From an uncultured Acidimicrobiaceae bacterium (lineage in GTDB: Bacteria > Actinomycetota > Acidimicrobiia > Acidimicrobiales > MedAcidi-G1), in contig CAXGYF010000002.1 in assembly GCA_964013895.1 (NCBI GenBank), forward strand, positions 35,316 to 99,315: DNA of 64,000 bases, in the 5' to 3' direction. The position numbers and the translations under genes are program-made. Below, in pieces: positions 27,433-37,595 of this stretch (its first letter is position 1; each line of letters starts with the position of its first letter). Under the pieces are notes generated by a model, which saw only the letters and a program-made list of their open reading frames with translations, was not told the DNA's origin and searched no databases.

Positions 27433-28716
27433 TCATTCCTCAATATATTTATCTAGAAGCTGAGCGACTGTCATCTCTACCGGAATTTTTTCAACTCCGA
27501 TTACGCGATCAATCACTTCTTGCATGTTGTATATTCTTCGCTCCTGATAACACAAAGGCGTTCCGTCATAGGTTGGGGACTCCATCGCTTTCTGCATTGC
27601 ATCAAGATTCCAAACGTCTTCATCTATTACTCCAGCAAATTCAGATATCCGTTGTTTCCATGCTTCGGGCGGGTCACCATCTCCCCAATCTGGAGCGTAG
27701 TGATATATACGAATCTTAGTTTTATCAATACCTGCGGGGAAAAATAGCATGACAGGAAAGCCTGTAGCCGCTAGGGGCGTAATGAAATTTGGAAAGATCG
27801 TAAATGAATAACTAGTGCAATGGACAATAGGATGAACGGTTGAAATGTTTTCAAGCCCTAACGGGTCTTTCACTGTCTTAAAATCTTTCCATGATTCCAT
27901 TCCAAGCTTCTCTACCATTTGTTTTGAACGTGGAACTACCATTCTGGAATTACCGTGTTTTAAAAGACCCATCGTTCCACCGCGCGAGTCAAGACTTGTC
28001 CATCCCCCACGATCATGTATGAAGCGAAAATGGTAGACCTCTTGAAATGCTTCGATTGCAACTTTCCAGTTGCAATTGACTTCACGGTGATCTGTGCCCA
28101 CTAAACGAAGATTCTCACATTGATACTGTTTCATTTCTTCAGGGATTTTTCCTAAGAAATCAATCAGAGGAGATGCGTTTGGATTCACGTTGATCCAGAT
28201 CCATCCCCCCCATGTGTCACAACTTATTTCTGGTAATCCTCGGTCTTCCTTACATAGGTCAACGAAATCCCTTTCGTCTGGTACAGCTAAAAGTTCGCCG
28301 TTATCTATTCCGTATGTCCACGAATGGTACTGACACTGTAAACGACGTATGGTGCCTTTTTTCTCTCTTACAACCGGTGCTCCGCGATGTCTGCAGGTAT
28401 TTGAAAAACATCGAATTTTATTATCGTTCCCTCTTACTACTATTAATGGGATTCCGGTCTCTTCAAATAGAAAGTAGTTTCCTGGATCGGGTATGTCTTC
28501 AACTCGACCCGCTGCAAGCCAACTGTTATTCCATAAATATTTTTGTTCTAGCTCATAAAAATCTTCGTCCGTATAACGCGCCGAAGGGATATCAGGAAAC
28601 TGAGGGAAATTTTCTGGTGGGGCTTTTCTGTCTAATTCATACTCCATGTCTGCAACTAGTCGATCAACTAATTTTTGATCAAGTAAAAATTCACTCATAA
28701 TTTTCCCCTTAAGCAA
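27433..28716 (-). CDS. Rieske non-heme iron oxygenase alpha subunit
   Basis: NTCRHRG...CQYHSW Rieske cluster; EAFQEVYHFRFIH and ED iron ligands. Confidence 0.93.
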   Translation of the reverse strand: MLKGKIMSEFLLDQKLVDRLVADMEYELDRKAPPENFPQFPDIPSARYTDEDFYELEQKYLWNNSWLAAGRVEDIPDPGNYFLFEETGIPLIVVRGNDNKIRCFSNTCRHRGAPVVREKKGTIRRLQCQYHSWTYGIDNGELLAVPDERDFVDLCKEDRGLPEISCDTWGGWIWINVNPNASPLIDFLGKIPEEMKQYQCENLRLVGTDHREVNCNWKVAIEAFQEVYHFRFIHDRGGWTSLDSRGGTMGLLKHGNSRMVVPRSKQMVEKLGMESWKDFKTVKDPLGLENISTVHPIVHCTSYSFTIFPNFITPLAATGFPVMLFFPAGIDKTKIRIYHYAPDWGDGDPPEAWKQRISEFAGVIDEDVWNLDAMQKAMESPTYDGTPLCYQERRIYNMQEVIDRVIGVEKIPVEMTVAQLLDKYIEE

Positions 28717-28782
28717 GCCTAAATCGCATAAACACTAAATTAAAACTTTAAGAACGGAATGTTCGTTCGAGGTCTCTGTTGT

Positions 28783-29415
28783 TTATTTACAGAGCACCCC
28801 TGTCCCAGCAATACCGCAATAGCCATTCGGATTCTTATGTAAGTATTGTTGGTGGTATTCCTCCGCGTAGTAGAAATTTTTTTGAATTTCAACTGTCGTT
28901 TTAATCTCATCAAAACCAGAAGCAAGTAACGACCCTTCATAAGCCTTAAGGCTTTCATCAGCTTCGACTAACTGCTCTTGATCCGTTACCCAAATTCCGG
29001 ACCTGTATTGTGTACCGATATCGTTTCCTTGCCGCATGCCTTGCGTTGGATCATGACTCTCCCAAAAAACCTTTAACAAATCTTTTAAGTCAAGCAATTC
29101 TTTCTGAAAGACCACCAACACAACCTCTGCGTGTCCAGTTAGCCCAGAGCAAACTTCTTCGTAAGTCGGATTGGGTGTATGACCACCGCTGTATCCAACT
29201 GCTGTAACCCATACCCCATCAAGTTCCCAAAAAAATCTTTCAGCTCCCCAAAAACAACCCATTCCGACTACCAATGAATCCATCTCTTCAGAAAAGGGCG
29301 GGGTCATGTTATTACCGTTAAAAGTGTGAACCCCTGATATAGAAGTTGGCGTTGATCGGCCGGGTAGACAATCTTCGCTCTTGGGTATGTTTAAAAGCTT
29401 CTGGTGAAAAGACAT
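28783..29415 (-). CDS. msrA: Peptide methionine sulfoxide reductase A
   Basis: GCFWGAE, GHAEVV, RQGNDIGTQYRS and AEEYHQQY...GYC. Confidence 0.97.
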   Translation of the reverse strand: MSFHQKLLNIPKSEDCLPGRSTPTSISGVHTFNGNNMTPPFSEEMDSLVVGMGCFWGAERFFWELDGVWVTAVGYSGGHTPNPTYEEVCSGLTGHAEVVLVVFQKELLDLKDLLKVFWESHDPTQGMRQGNDIGTQYRSGIWVTDQEQLVEADESLKAYEGSLLASGFDEIKTTVEIQKNFYYAEEYHQQYLHKNPNGYCGIAGTGVLCK

Positions 29416-29427
29416 GGTTAAATTCTC

Positions 29428-30249
29428 CTAAATTGTATAGGCAAGATTCTCTGCGATTCGTCTTGCTACTTCCAGATCACCGCCTAGGAGCACTCGCCCA
29501 TCTTCTATATATCTTGTTGAATCGTCACGTCCTCCTGTTAAGGCAGTGAAATCCAATGACGACATTGTCAGGGTACTAGTCGGATCTTCGTCAAAAGATT
29601 CTACTAATGAGGCCCTCCCATCACTTACTTCGACTCTTAGGGTTCTCTCGACAGGTCCTGAAATGATAATTTGGATACGGCTACCTTCTGGGGCTCCACC
29701 TTTTTTACCCACTATGTATCCAGCAGCGGAAGAGACTTCGTCAATTGCTATTTCAGCCGGCAAACCATCTTCGTCTCCGGGAAGACCTAGAGGTTCTCTG
29801 CAATCCTGCATGTGCAACCATGCGTCATAAACTCTAATTTGCATAAACCTTCCGTATGGCGCTTCGCCGGCTGGTGTCCATCCAACAGCTTGAAACTCTT
29901 CGTCACTCATTTCTGATAGGACATTAAATCTTTCAGCTGTTACTTCGTTAAACAAAGCAAGTATTTCACTACCTTCCTTTTCACGAAAACTATGTATCGC
30001 TTTTTCGTTTGCTTCGCCTACAGGATTTTTTACATGATCGGCCGACACCTCTACTTCTGGTAGTTTCTGACCACTTAACATGTATTCGCCCCCGACAAGA
30101 TGAGATAGGTTGTCTTTGACAGTCCAACCAGGAAGACGGCTATAAGTTTGCCATTGGCTTTCGTTCAATTGTGAGCCAAACTGACTCCATTTTCCCCAAA
30201 TTTGATTGAGTCCTTCAACAATCTGGGTTTTGTTTATACTCATTTTCAC
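29428..30249 (-). CDS. MDMPI/DinB-superfamily protein with SCP2-like C-terminus
   Basis: PGWTVKDNLSHL, IRVYDAWLHMQD. Confidence 0.85.
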   Translation of the reverse strand: MKMSINKTQIVEGLNQIWGKWSQFGSQLNESQWQTYSRLPGWTVKDNLSHLVGGEYMLSGQKLPEVEVSADHVKNPVGEANEKAIHSFREKEGSEILALFNEVTAERFNVLSEMSDEEFQAVGWTPAGEAPYGRFMQIRVYDAWLHMQDCREPLGLPGDEDGLPAEIAIDEVSSAAGYIVGKKGGAPEGSRIQIIISGPVERTLRVEVSDGRASLVESFDEDPTSTLTMSSLDFTALTGGRDDSTRYIEDGRVLLGGDLEVARRIAENLAYTI

Positions 30250-30255
30250 TCCTAT

Positions 30256-30942
30256 TTAAGGTGTAGGGTTCGCTCTTGTCTCCCAATCTCTTGCTTTGAC
30301 GTAAGGATTGAATGCGTCGCTGATCATTTCAAGATCGGAGGGCATTTTGGGTCTTTGCATCTCGTACAAATTAGGAAATTCCAGCCACCCGGTTATTAAA
30401 TGCCATAATTTATCAGCCTTCTCACCTGTAGGTGGATTAATTAAAACCGGTCCGAAAATCCTTTCATTTTGACTAAAAACAAGTGTTGGAACCCCGAAAC
30501 CTCCCAAGGAAACAACAAGTTCGTGATCTTTTTTCACATCATCGTGTGTTGTTGGGTCGGCAAGTGCTTCTTCAACGATCTGAGGGTCTTGATCCATTTC
30601 TTTCAAAAGTAAGCGAGCTACATCGGGATCATGGGGCTTGCGTCCTTCAATGTGGAGAGCTGTTCCTGATTTTAGATACCAAGCGTCATTTAGGGCTGGG
30701 TCAATTCTTTTGAGAAAAGCTCCTATTCTCATCATTGACCACCCATAAGACCATTCACGCTCCCATGGGTGTTTTTTACCTTCTTCGTGATTAATTTCTT
30801 CAAGACTAAAAAAACACCAGTCAACTTCTATGTTTAACCTGTCTCTAACTTCGCGCATCCAGATCGATGTTTGATACGCCCAAGGGCACATGACGTCAAA
30901 GTGAAATGCCACATGGCTCGGACTGTTTTCATTTTCCATCAA
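30256..30942 (-). CDS. DsbA-fold thioredoxin-like protein (Rv2466c mycothiol-dependent reductase-like)
   Basis: FHFDVMCPWAY single Cys, GVPT, IFGPV and LYEMQRP. Confidence 0.78.
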   Translation of the reverse strand: MMENENSPSHVAFHFDVMCPWAYQTSIWMREVRDRLNIEVDWCFFSLEEINHEEGKKHPWEREWSYGWSMMRIGAFLKRIDPALNDAWYLKSGTALHIEGRKPHDPDVARLLLKEMDQDPQIVEEALADPTTHDDVKKDHELVVSLGGFGVPTLVFSQNERIFGPVLINPPTGEKADKLWHLITGWLEFPNLYEMQRPKMPSDLEMISDAFNPYVKARDWETRANPTP

Positions 30943-32424
30943 TTACTCCTTTTCTTGCAATTTATGACGTAAAACCTTACCAAGTGCGTTCCTAGGTAAT
31001 TCTTTCACAATTACCAATCTTTTAGGAATTTTGTAGGGGGCTAAATATTGTGAAGCATGTTTTCTGACTTCGGCGATATTAATACTGTTAATTCCTTTTT
31101 CCATCACAATCCAAGCTACGACTTCCTCTCCCCACTCTTGTGATTTGACTCCTGATACTGCCGCTTCAGCAATTTCTGGGTGTGCTTGCATGACTTCGTC
31201 AACTTCTTGTGGGTAAACATTTAGTCCACCAGTAATTATTAGCTCTTTTATACGACCGTTAATCGTCACATAGTTATCGTCAGATACCTCTGCTATGTCT
31301 CCTGTTTTAAACCACCCTGAGTTAAAAGAATCATTAGTTTCTTTCTGTTTAGACCAATACCCTTTGAATACAGATTCACCACGGACTAATACTTCCTTGC
31401 TTTCTTCCTCTATTTGAATCTCTACACCTGGCAAAGGAAATCCAACTGAGCCAGCACGTCGTTCACCTATATAAGGGTTGGAAATCGTAAGCATCGTCTC
31501 GGTGGTTCCGTAACGTTCCAGTACATCAACTCCTCCTTTGTCTTTTAATTGTTGATGTAAATCTGCTGGTAGAGGTGCAGAGCCAGAAACACATAAACGC
31601 AATGAGGCTAGCTGACTGATTCTTTCATCTTCAACAAGTCTTTGATACATGGTTGGGACTCCAAAAAACATCGAACAATTATTCTCAGCTATTTCAGAAA
31701 ATACCAAATCTTTGTCGAAACCTTCCTGCAGAACAGCTGAGCCTCCGACTAGCAATGTTCCGTGTAAACCTATACCCATTCCATGAATATGGAATAAAGG
31801 TAGACATAGCAAAAGACGGTCTGACTCTGTCCACTCCCATGCTCTAGCGACTGAAAGGGCTCCAGCTAATAACGATCTCTGGGTGTGGGTAGCTCCTTTG
31901 GGTTTGCCAGTAGTTCCTGATGTGTATGCGATCAAGGCCGGGTCTTCTGGTTTAGCAAGATCCAAATCTGGATTGGGTCCGCTTCTTGTTTCAACTGCTG
32001 TGGAAGAGACAAATAATTCAGAATCGATTGAATTTAGAAGTTTGTGCCATTCCTCTTGATCTACTAAGGCTGCTCGTGGTTTCGAATCTTCAATTAGAAA
32101 TGCTAATTCTGTTTCCGTGTATGAGATATTTACAGGCACAACAACAAGACCGAGTCTTAAACATGCGACGTGAGAAATGACTAAATCTAGCGAATTTTCT
32201 CCAGCGATTAGAACACGATCTCCGGGGAGTAGCCCAGAATTAGCTAGGTTAGATGCTGTTTTGGAAGTCAGATCTAGAAAACTTCCTCGATCTATTTCAC
32301 GACCATTGAAAGAAAAAAGTTTTCTTTCGGGTTCTATTTCTAAAGTTTTTACCCAAGACCCCACAAGGGTTTCTTCGTCTGGTATCCGTAATTTATGCCC
32401 TGATATTACAAGTTGAGTTCCCAT
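30943..32424 (-). CDS. Acyl-CoA synthetase (AMP-binding, MatB-like)
   Basis: YTSGTTGKPKG, ERYGTTE, FKTGD and PRNALGKV. Confidence 0.92.
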   Translation of the reverse strand: MGTQLVISGHKLRIPDEETLVGSWVKTLEIEPERKLFSFNGREIDRGSFLDLTSKTASNLANSGLLPGDRVLIAGENSLDLVISHVACLRLGLVVVPVNISYTETELAFLIEDSKPRAALVDQEEWHKLLNSIDSELFVSSTAVETRSGPNPDLDLAKPEDPALIAYTSGTTGKPKGATHTQRSLLAGALSVARAWEWTESDRLLLCLPLFHIHGMGIGLHGTLLVGGSAVLQEGFDKDLVFSEIAENNCSMFFGVPTMYQRLVEDERISQLASLRLCVSGSAPLPADLHQQLKDKGGVDVLERYGTTETMLTISNPYIGERRAGSVGFPLPGVEIQIEEESKEVLVRGESVFKGYWSKQKETNDSFNSGWFKTGDIAEVSDDNYVTINGRIKELIITGGLNVYPQEVDEVMQAHPEIAEAAVSGVKSQEWGEEVVAWIVMEKGINSINIAEVRKHASQYLAPYKIPKRLVIVKELPRNALGKVLRHKLQEKE

Positions 32425-32483
32425 ACAAATTTTTCAATACCTTTTCTTACATTTCGAACATACAAGCAACCACGCCCGTGGCC

Positions 32484-32512
32484 TTGACACAACAGGCAAA
32501 ATCAGGCATACT
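32484..32512 (+). promoter_or_regulatory. Sigma70/HrdB-type promoter for the LLM-TetR genes
   Basis: TTGACA (32484-32489), 17 bp, CATACT (32507-32512), 29 nt before the ATG. Confidence 0.65.
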
Positions 32513-32541
32513 AATGGAAGCCATTAAATAAAGGGGTTTCT

Positions 32542-33753
32542 ATGGAATTCGGTATTTTCAGCAACGGTTACATACCTGGACCGGCTGCCCATGACACAGA
32601 GTCCGAACATACGGAACTAATGCGTGAAGCTAGTTACGGGGTCTTAGCTGATAAAAACAACTGGAAATATATGTGGTTTGGCGAGCACCATGCTCTTACT
32701 GAATACAGTCACATGTCAGCCCCATCACCGTTGATGGGATGGGTAGCAGCACAAACAGACTACATACATCTTGGTTCGGCAATCACGAGTTTGCCGACGA
32801 ACAAAGAGCATCCGGTTCGCATCGCCGAAAGAGCTGCAATGCTTGATCATGTAACCGAAAATCGCTTTGAATTTGGAACTGGGCGCGGTGCAGGAAGCCA
32901 TGAACTTCTAAGTTTTAACGTCACAGATCCTAGTGAAACTAAAGCACAGTGGGATGAGGTTATTCGCGAGATACCTCGAATGTGGGAACAGAAAGACTAT
33001 GACTTTAAAGGAGAATTTTTTACTGTACCGACTCCACACAATATCCTTCCTAAACCATACGGTAAAGGCCACCCCCCTCTTTGGGTGGCTTGTGGGAATC
33101 CGCCAACATTTGCAAAAGCAGGATCACTTGGCATTGGTGCCATAGCATTCAACTTCGAACCTATTCATAACCTCAAAGGGCGTGTTGACGCATACAAAGA
33201 GGCTATTCAGGATCCAGCAGAACAAATTGGACAGTTTAAAAACGACAATGTCATGATGACTAACGCTGTTATTTGCCTTGAAAATCGAGATGAAGCAAGA
33301 GCTATCGCTAAAACAAAAGGTAGAGGCTACCTAGTAACCATGGTCAACATGTATCACGATACGATGCCCAAATCCCCCGACGCTGTGACTTGGCCTGACT
33401 CACCAATAGATCCGAACTGGACAGATGAAATGCTTGACTGGGCAATCGGCGAGGGATACATGCTCTGCGGAACACCTGAAGAGGTGTGTGAGCAACTGGT
33501 TCGTTACCAAGACGTAGGTTGCGATCAGGTCGTGTTCGGTTTACCAATCGAAGGAATGGCTCATGAACAGGTCCTGGAAATGCTCGAAATTTTTGGGCAA
33601 CGTGTGATTCCTGAATTCGACAAAGACCCTATTCATTCAACAGATCGCTATAGAGCAGAAGCGCAAAGAAAGTTTCCTGACTTTCAGTATGAACTTCCAG
33701 AAGACATATCGGTTTCTGTTTTGCCTTCGAATGCCCTATTGCCACTCGGATAA
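32542..33753 (+). CDS. LLM (luciferase-like) flavin/F420-dependent oxidoreductase
   Basis: WFGEHH, IHLGSAI, HPVRIAERAAMLD, RFEFGTGRG, HPPLWVA and CGTPEEV. Confidence 0.9.
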   Translation: MEFGIFSNGYIPGPAAHDTESEHTELMREASYGVLADKNNWKYMWFGEHHALTEYSHMSAPSPLMGWVAAQTDYIHLGSAITSLPTNKEHPVRIAERAAMLDHVTENRFEFGTGRGAGSHELLSFNVTDPSETKAQWDEVIREIPRMWEQKDYDFKGEFFTVPTPHNILPKPYGKGHPPLWVACGNPPTFAKAGSLGIGAIAFNFEPIHNLKGRVDAYKEAIQDPAEQIGQFKNDNVMMTNAVICLENRDEARAIAKTKGRGYLVTMVNMYHDTMPKSPDAVTWPDSPIDPNWTDEMLDWAIGEGYMLCGTPEEVCEQLVRYQDVGCDQVVFGLPIEGMAHEQVLEMLEIFGQRVIPEFDKDPIHSTDRYRAEAQRKFPDFQYELPEDISVSVLPSNALLPLG

Positions 33754-34371
33754 GTGCCCCGAAGTAGCGTCAAAACGCGCGAACAACTGCTTTTAGAAGC
33801 TGAAAGGCTTTTTGCGCTAAAAGGAATCTGGCAAGTTCAAGTTCAAGAAATTGTAGTAGCTGCGGATCAACGTAATACCTCCGCTGTTACATATCATTTT
33901 GGTTCAAGAGAAGGTCTGCTTGAAGGAATACTCACCTCACACGGAAGCCCTATCGATGAACGTAGAGGGGAACTTCTCTTGTCTCTTGATCAAAAATCCT
34001 CTACTAGAGCACTAGTGAATTCTCTGGTTGTACCGATGGTTAGCTGCCTGGAAACCCAAAGCGGCTGTCGTTACCTTCAAATAATTTCCCAGTTGTCAGA
34101 TCAGTTCTCAAATTGGAGGAGTCTTTCTGGAGATCTCTCTTCTCCTCACCTTTCTAAAGCACTGGAATTACTTGAGAGTCGTCCAGTGTTCTTACCAATC
34201 CCCGTGCGACAAGAACGCCTTATTGCAATGATTCAATTAATGACCTCCTCTCTTTCAGAGAGAGCTCGTTCTTTGGAAGCTGGAGTGCAAATGGTGTTAG
34301 GTAATTCAGAATATGAAGAAAACTTGATTGACATGCTCGTGGGAATCCTTGAAGCCCCTGTAGGCAACTAA
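33754..34371 (+). CDS. TetR/AcrR family regulator
   Basis: N-terminal HTH ending AVTYHFGSREGLL; starts immediately after the LLM stop. Confidence 0.88.
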   Translation: MPRSSVKTREQLLLEAERLFALKGIWQVQVQEIVVAADQRNTSAVTYHFGSREGLLEGILTSHGSPIDERRGELLLSLDQKSSTRALVNSLVVPMVSCLETQSGCRYLQIISQLSDQFSNWRSLSGDLSSPHLSKALELLESRPVFLPIPVRQERLIAMIQLMTSSLSERARSLEAGVQMVLGNSEYEENLIDMLVGILEAPVGN

Positions 34372-34375
34372 TTTA

Positions 34376-35599
34376 TTATTCTGTTCTGCTGATTAACTCT
34401 TTAGTCAGGTCATCAACTGAAGCGGCTCCAGTTAAAGACATTGTCCTTTCAACCCCTTCATGAAGTAAATCAAGAACGTGGTCAACTCCCCTTTCACCAC
34501 ATGCTGCTAGAGCGTAAAGGTAGGGTCTTCCAGCCATGACTGCAGTGGCCCCTAAGGAAACCGCCTTCACGATGTCTGAACCTCTGCGGGCCCCGCCATC
34601 ACAAATAATCTCTAAACGGTCTTGAACCGCTTCAGCAACTTCTGGCAGTAGATCGAATGGTGTTGGCGCCTCGTCCAGTTGTCTTCCTCCATGGTTAGAG
34701 ATTGCAATTGCCTCCACGCCAGAGTCAACAGCAATTAAAGCATCCTCGACAGTTTGGATTCCTTTTATCAAAATTGGCCCTTTCCAGATAGATCTAAGCC
34801 ATTCAACATCCTTCCAAGAAAGACCAGGATCGAACTGAGATTTCATATGTTCTGCAAGATCAACTGCTGTTGAACCGTCAATAGAAGTTAGACCTTCAAC
34901 ATTTGCGAAACGAATAGGATCTGCTGTTAAAAAATCCCATGTCCAACCCGGATTTTTTACGCCATCAATTATCGTTCCAAGACCGATTTCGGGGGGCAAA
35001 GTGAATCCCCGTCGCACATCACGCTCTCGGCGTCCAAGAACTGCGGTGTCAACGGTGAGACACACTGCCTCAAAGCCTGCAGCGTCAGCTCTTTCAACAA
35101 GGTTTTTAACGACAGAACGGTCTTTCCATGTGTATATCTGAAACCAGAGACGAGAATCCTTTTCAGCTACTGATGCGCATTCCTCTATGGAACGTGTAGC
35201 CATTGTTGACAAGGTAAATGGAATACCTGCCCGAGTTGCTGCCCTAACAACCGCTAATTCACCTTCAGAATGTGCGATTCGAGTGAAACCTGTTGGCGCC
35301 AGAACAAGAGGGAAAGCTAACTTACGGCCGAACAAAGAAGTAGACGTATCGATATTCGCCATGTCTCTTAATACTCTGGGTTTGAACGAAACCTTTCTGT
35401 AAGCTTCAACGTTTTTCCGTAAAGTAATTTCATCTTCTGCGCCACCGTCTATATAGTCAAAAACTCCTATTGGGAGACGCCGTTTAGCCAATTTCCTCAA
35501 ATCTTCAACGTTTGCAGCTTTTCTAAGAAGTCGTTTTGTTCTGTTAATCTCCAACTTCCGGAACTTGACAACAGAACGAATACTGTTTACAAATGCCAT
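34376..35599 (-). CDS. FMN-dependent alpha-hydroxy acid dehydrogenase (L-lactate dehydrogenase-like)
   Basis: FDYIDGGA, LAPTG, LTVD, IKG, SNHGGRQ and DGGARRGSD. Confidence 0.92.
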   Translation of the reverse strand: MAFVNSIRSVVKFRKLEINRTKRLLRKAANVEDLRKLAKRRLPIGVFDYIDGGAEDEITLRKNVEAYRKVSFKPRVLRDMANIDTSTSLFGRKLAFPLVLAPTGFTRIAHSEGELAVVRAATRAGIPFTLSTMATRSIEECASVAEKDSRLWFQIYTWKDRSVVKNLVERADAAGFEAVCLTVDTAVLGRRERDVRRGFTLPPEIGLGTIIDGVKNPGWTWDFLTADPIRFANVEGLTSIDGSTAVDLAEHMKSQFDPGLSWKDVEWLRSIWKGPILIKGIQTVEDALIAVDSGVEAIAISNHGGRQLDEAPTPFDLLPEVAEAVQDRLEIICDGGARRGSDIVKAVSLGATAVMAGRPYLYALAACGERGVDHVLDLLHEGVERTMSLTGAASVDDLTKELISRTE

Positions 35600-35613
35600 T
35601 TATAAACCAGCCT

Positions 35614-36057
35614 TTAGGGATCGATCTTGGAGTCAAGCTTGGCTACTCGCGCTTCGTGGCGCCCACCTTCAAATTCTTCATTTAACCAAGCATTCAAAGC
35701 AGTAACAGCAACTTCTGGGTCAATCAGACGTTCTCCAAAACAAAGAACATTTGCATTATTGTGAGCTTTCGCCCACTTCGCAGTTTCAACATCATTTACA
35801 GTCGCTGCTCTAATACCGGAAACTTTGTTCGCTGCTATTCCAATTCCGATGCCAGAACCGCAAACCGCAACCCCTAAATCTGCAGGGCCTTCCGAAACCT
35901 TGATGCCAACTGCAAATCCATAATCAGGATAATCAACTCGTTCGGTTGAGTCCGTACCACAGTCAATAACTTCATGACCTATTTCAGTGAGCTCACTCTT
36001 CAAACGTTCCTTAAGTTCATAACCTGCGTGATCACAACCAATTGCTATTACTTTCAT
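35614..36057 (-). CDS. rpiB: Ribose-5-phosphate isomerase B
   Basis: GCDHAG, VDYPD, CGSGIG, HNNAN and FEGGRH..R. Confidence 0.95.
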   Translation of the reverse strand: MKVIAIGCDHAGYELKERLKSELTEIGHEVIDCGTDSTERVDYPDYGFAVGIKVSEGPADLGVAVCGSGIGIGIAANKVSGIRAATVNDVETAKWAKAHNNANVLCFGERLIDPEVAVTALNAWLNEEFEGGRHEARVAKLDSKIDP

Positions 36058-36075
36058 GACAACAGACTAGCCGTC

Positions 36076-36696
36076 TTACAGTCGAAGACCTGCAGCGATT
36101 AGATCTTCGGCACTTAAAGCCCCTTCTCGAAGAATCTCAGTTCCATTTGCCAATAAATTAATAACGGTTGATGGTTTACCCTTACACTTCCCTCCATCTA
36201 CCACTAACAAATTTTCACCTAATTGCTCTGCTGCCTCTTTAGCGTTTTCCGGCGTTTGTACACCCGAACGATTTGCTGAAGTAACAGCCAAAGGCCCCAC
36301 AACCTCTGTTAAGGATCGAACAAAATCATTATCAGGACACCTGACTCCTATCGAGCTTTCATCACCGCCCAAGAAGTAATCCAAATGGTCTGCACGTTCA
36401 ATTACAACTGTGAGCGGCCCTGGCCAAAATTTTTGGGACAAAAGTTCGAACTCTGCTGAAGAGACAACAAGCTCTGAAGCTTGGGAAGCTTCTGAAACCA
36501 GAACCGCACATGCTTGATCATCTAAACGATTTTTACGTTGAAATATCTCTTCAACAGCACTCTTATTAGTCGGTATGGCCGCTACTCCATAAACTGTGTC
36601 GGTTGGAAGCAGAACTAATCGTCCATCTTTCAATACTTGAGACGACTCAGAAACTGCTAACTCGAAATCTGAATCTAAATCCAAAAAATAATTCAT
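36076..36696 (-). CDS. tsaC: L-threonylcarbamoyladenylate synthase (YrdC/Sua5)
   Basis: PTDTVYG, KNR, WPGPLT, GVRCP and TSANRSG. Confidence 0.93.
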   Translation of the reverse strand: MNYFLDLDSDFELAVSESSQVLKDGRLVLLPTDTVYGVAAIPTNKSAVEEIFQRKNRLDDQACAVLVSEASQASELVVSSAEFELLSQKFWPGPLTVVIERADHLDYFLGGDESSIGVRCPDNDFVRSLTEVVGPLAVTSANRSGVQTPENAKEAAEQLGENLLVVDGGKCKGKPSTVINLLANGTEILREGALSAEDLIAAGLRL

Positions 36697-37583
36697 AGCG
36701 GTTTTTTTGCCATTAAAACACGGTCTCGGCCCGTCAAGTCATTTCGCAACTGAACTTCTCTGAAATTTAAATTTTTAGCCTCTTCAACCATTTGATCTGC
36801 CTGCATGGGTGCTAATTCTAAAATTAATTGCCCCTCCGCGGACAACCACTCAATCGAATTATTCAATAGAAAACTTAAATCCTCTGTTCCTAGAGGTCCA
36901 GAGCGTAAAGAAGAAGAAGGTTCCCATTCACTTACCTCTAGTGGTAATTCTTCACTATCACTTATATACGGGGGGTTAGAAATAATAACGTCAAATTTCT
37001 CCAACATCTCTTGCGGTAAAGCTTCAAACCAAGACCCTTGACTAATTGAAACTTTTTGCCCAACCATCCCTAGGCCCGCAAGATTAGCACGCGTAACTGC
37101 AATCGCTCCTTCTGAAACATCCGTACACCACACAGATACTTCTTGGATCTCTCTGGCTATAGACAGCCCTATCGCCCCCGAACCACAACCTAAATCTGCG
37201 ACGTTTAAAGATCTTGTTTCATCCAATTGATTTTTCTTGCTCTTGCATTCTTCTAACGCATAGCCAACTAAAATTTCAGTTTCTGGCCTCGGTATCAAAA
37301 CTCTGTCATCTACAAATAAATCGAGTTCTCTAAACTGCCATCTACCTAGTACGTACTGGAGAGGCTCACCAGTTAATCGCCTCGCAATCAATTTACTCAA
37401 TCTTTTCAATTGGATGGGTTTGGCTTGTTCCTGATAGTCATGCAGGTTCGTTACACCAGAAACTTCTTCTATCATCCATTTCGCTTCAAGTTCAGCGTTA
37501 TCAACTTCAAGCCTCCGAGTTGTTTCAGAAAGCAGTTCCTCCCAACTCACTGAAGCATCTTGACTAAACAACTCTCTATCCAT
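36693..37583 (-). CDS. prmC: Release factor glutamine methyltransferase
   Basis: GEPLQYVLG, VLIPRPETE, DLGCGSGAI and NPPY; directly after prfA. Confidence 0.95.
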   Translation of the reverse strand: MDRELFSQDASVSWEELLSETTRRLEVDNAELEAKWMIEEVSGVTNLHDYQEQAKPIQLKRLSKLIARRLTGEPLQYVLGRWQFRELDLFVDDRVLIPRPETEILVGYALEECKSKKNQLDETRSLNVADLGCGSGAIGLSIAREIQEVSVWCTDVSEGAIAVTRANLAGLGMVGQKVSISQGSWFEALPQEMLEKFDVIISNPPYISDSEELPLEVSEWEPSSSLRSGPLGTEDLSFLLNNSIEWLSAEGQLILELAPMQADQMVEEAKNLNFREVQLRNDLTGRDRVLMAKKPL

Positions 37584-37595
37584 TACTACTGCCGA

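Noticed and set aside
28212-28700. 162-aa plus-strand ORF, and similar 60-160 aa ORFs such as 38817..39296, 41278..41733 and 61400..61876
   Set aside because: All lie fully inside well-supported opposite-strand genes and have no recognisable motifs
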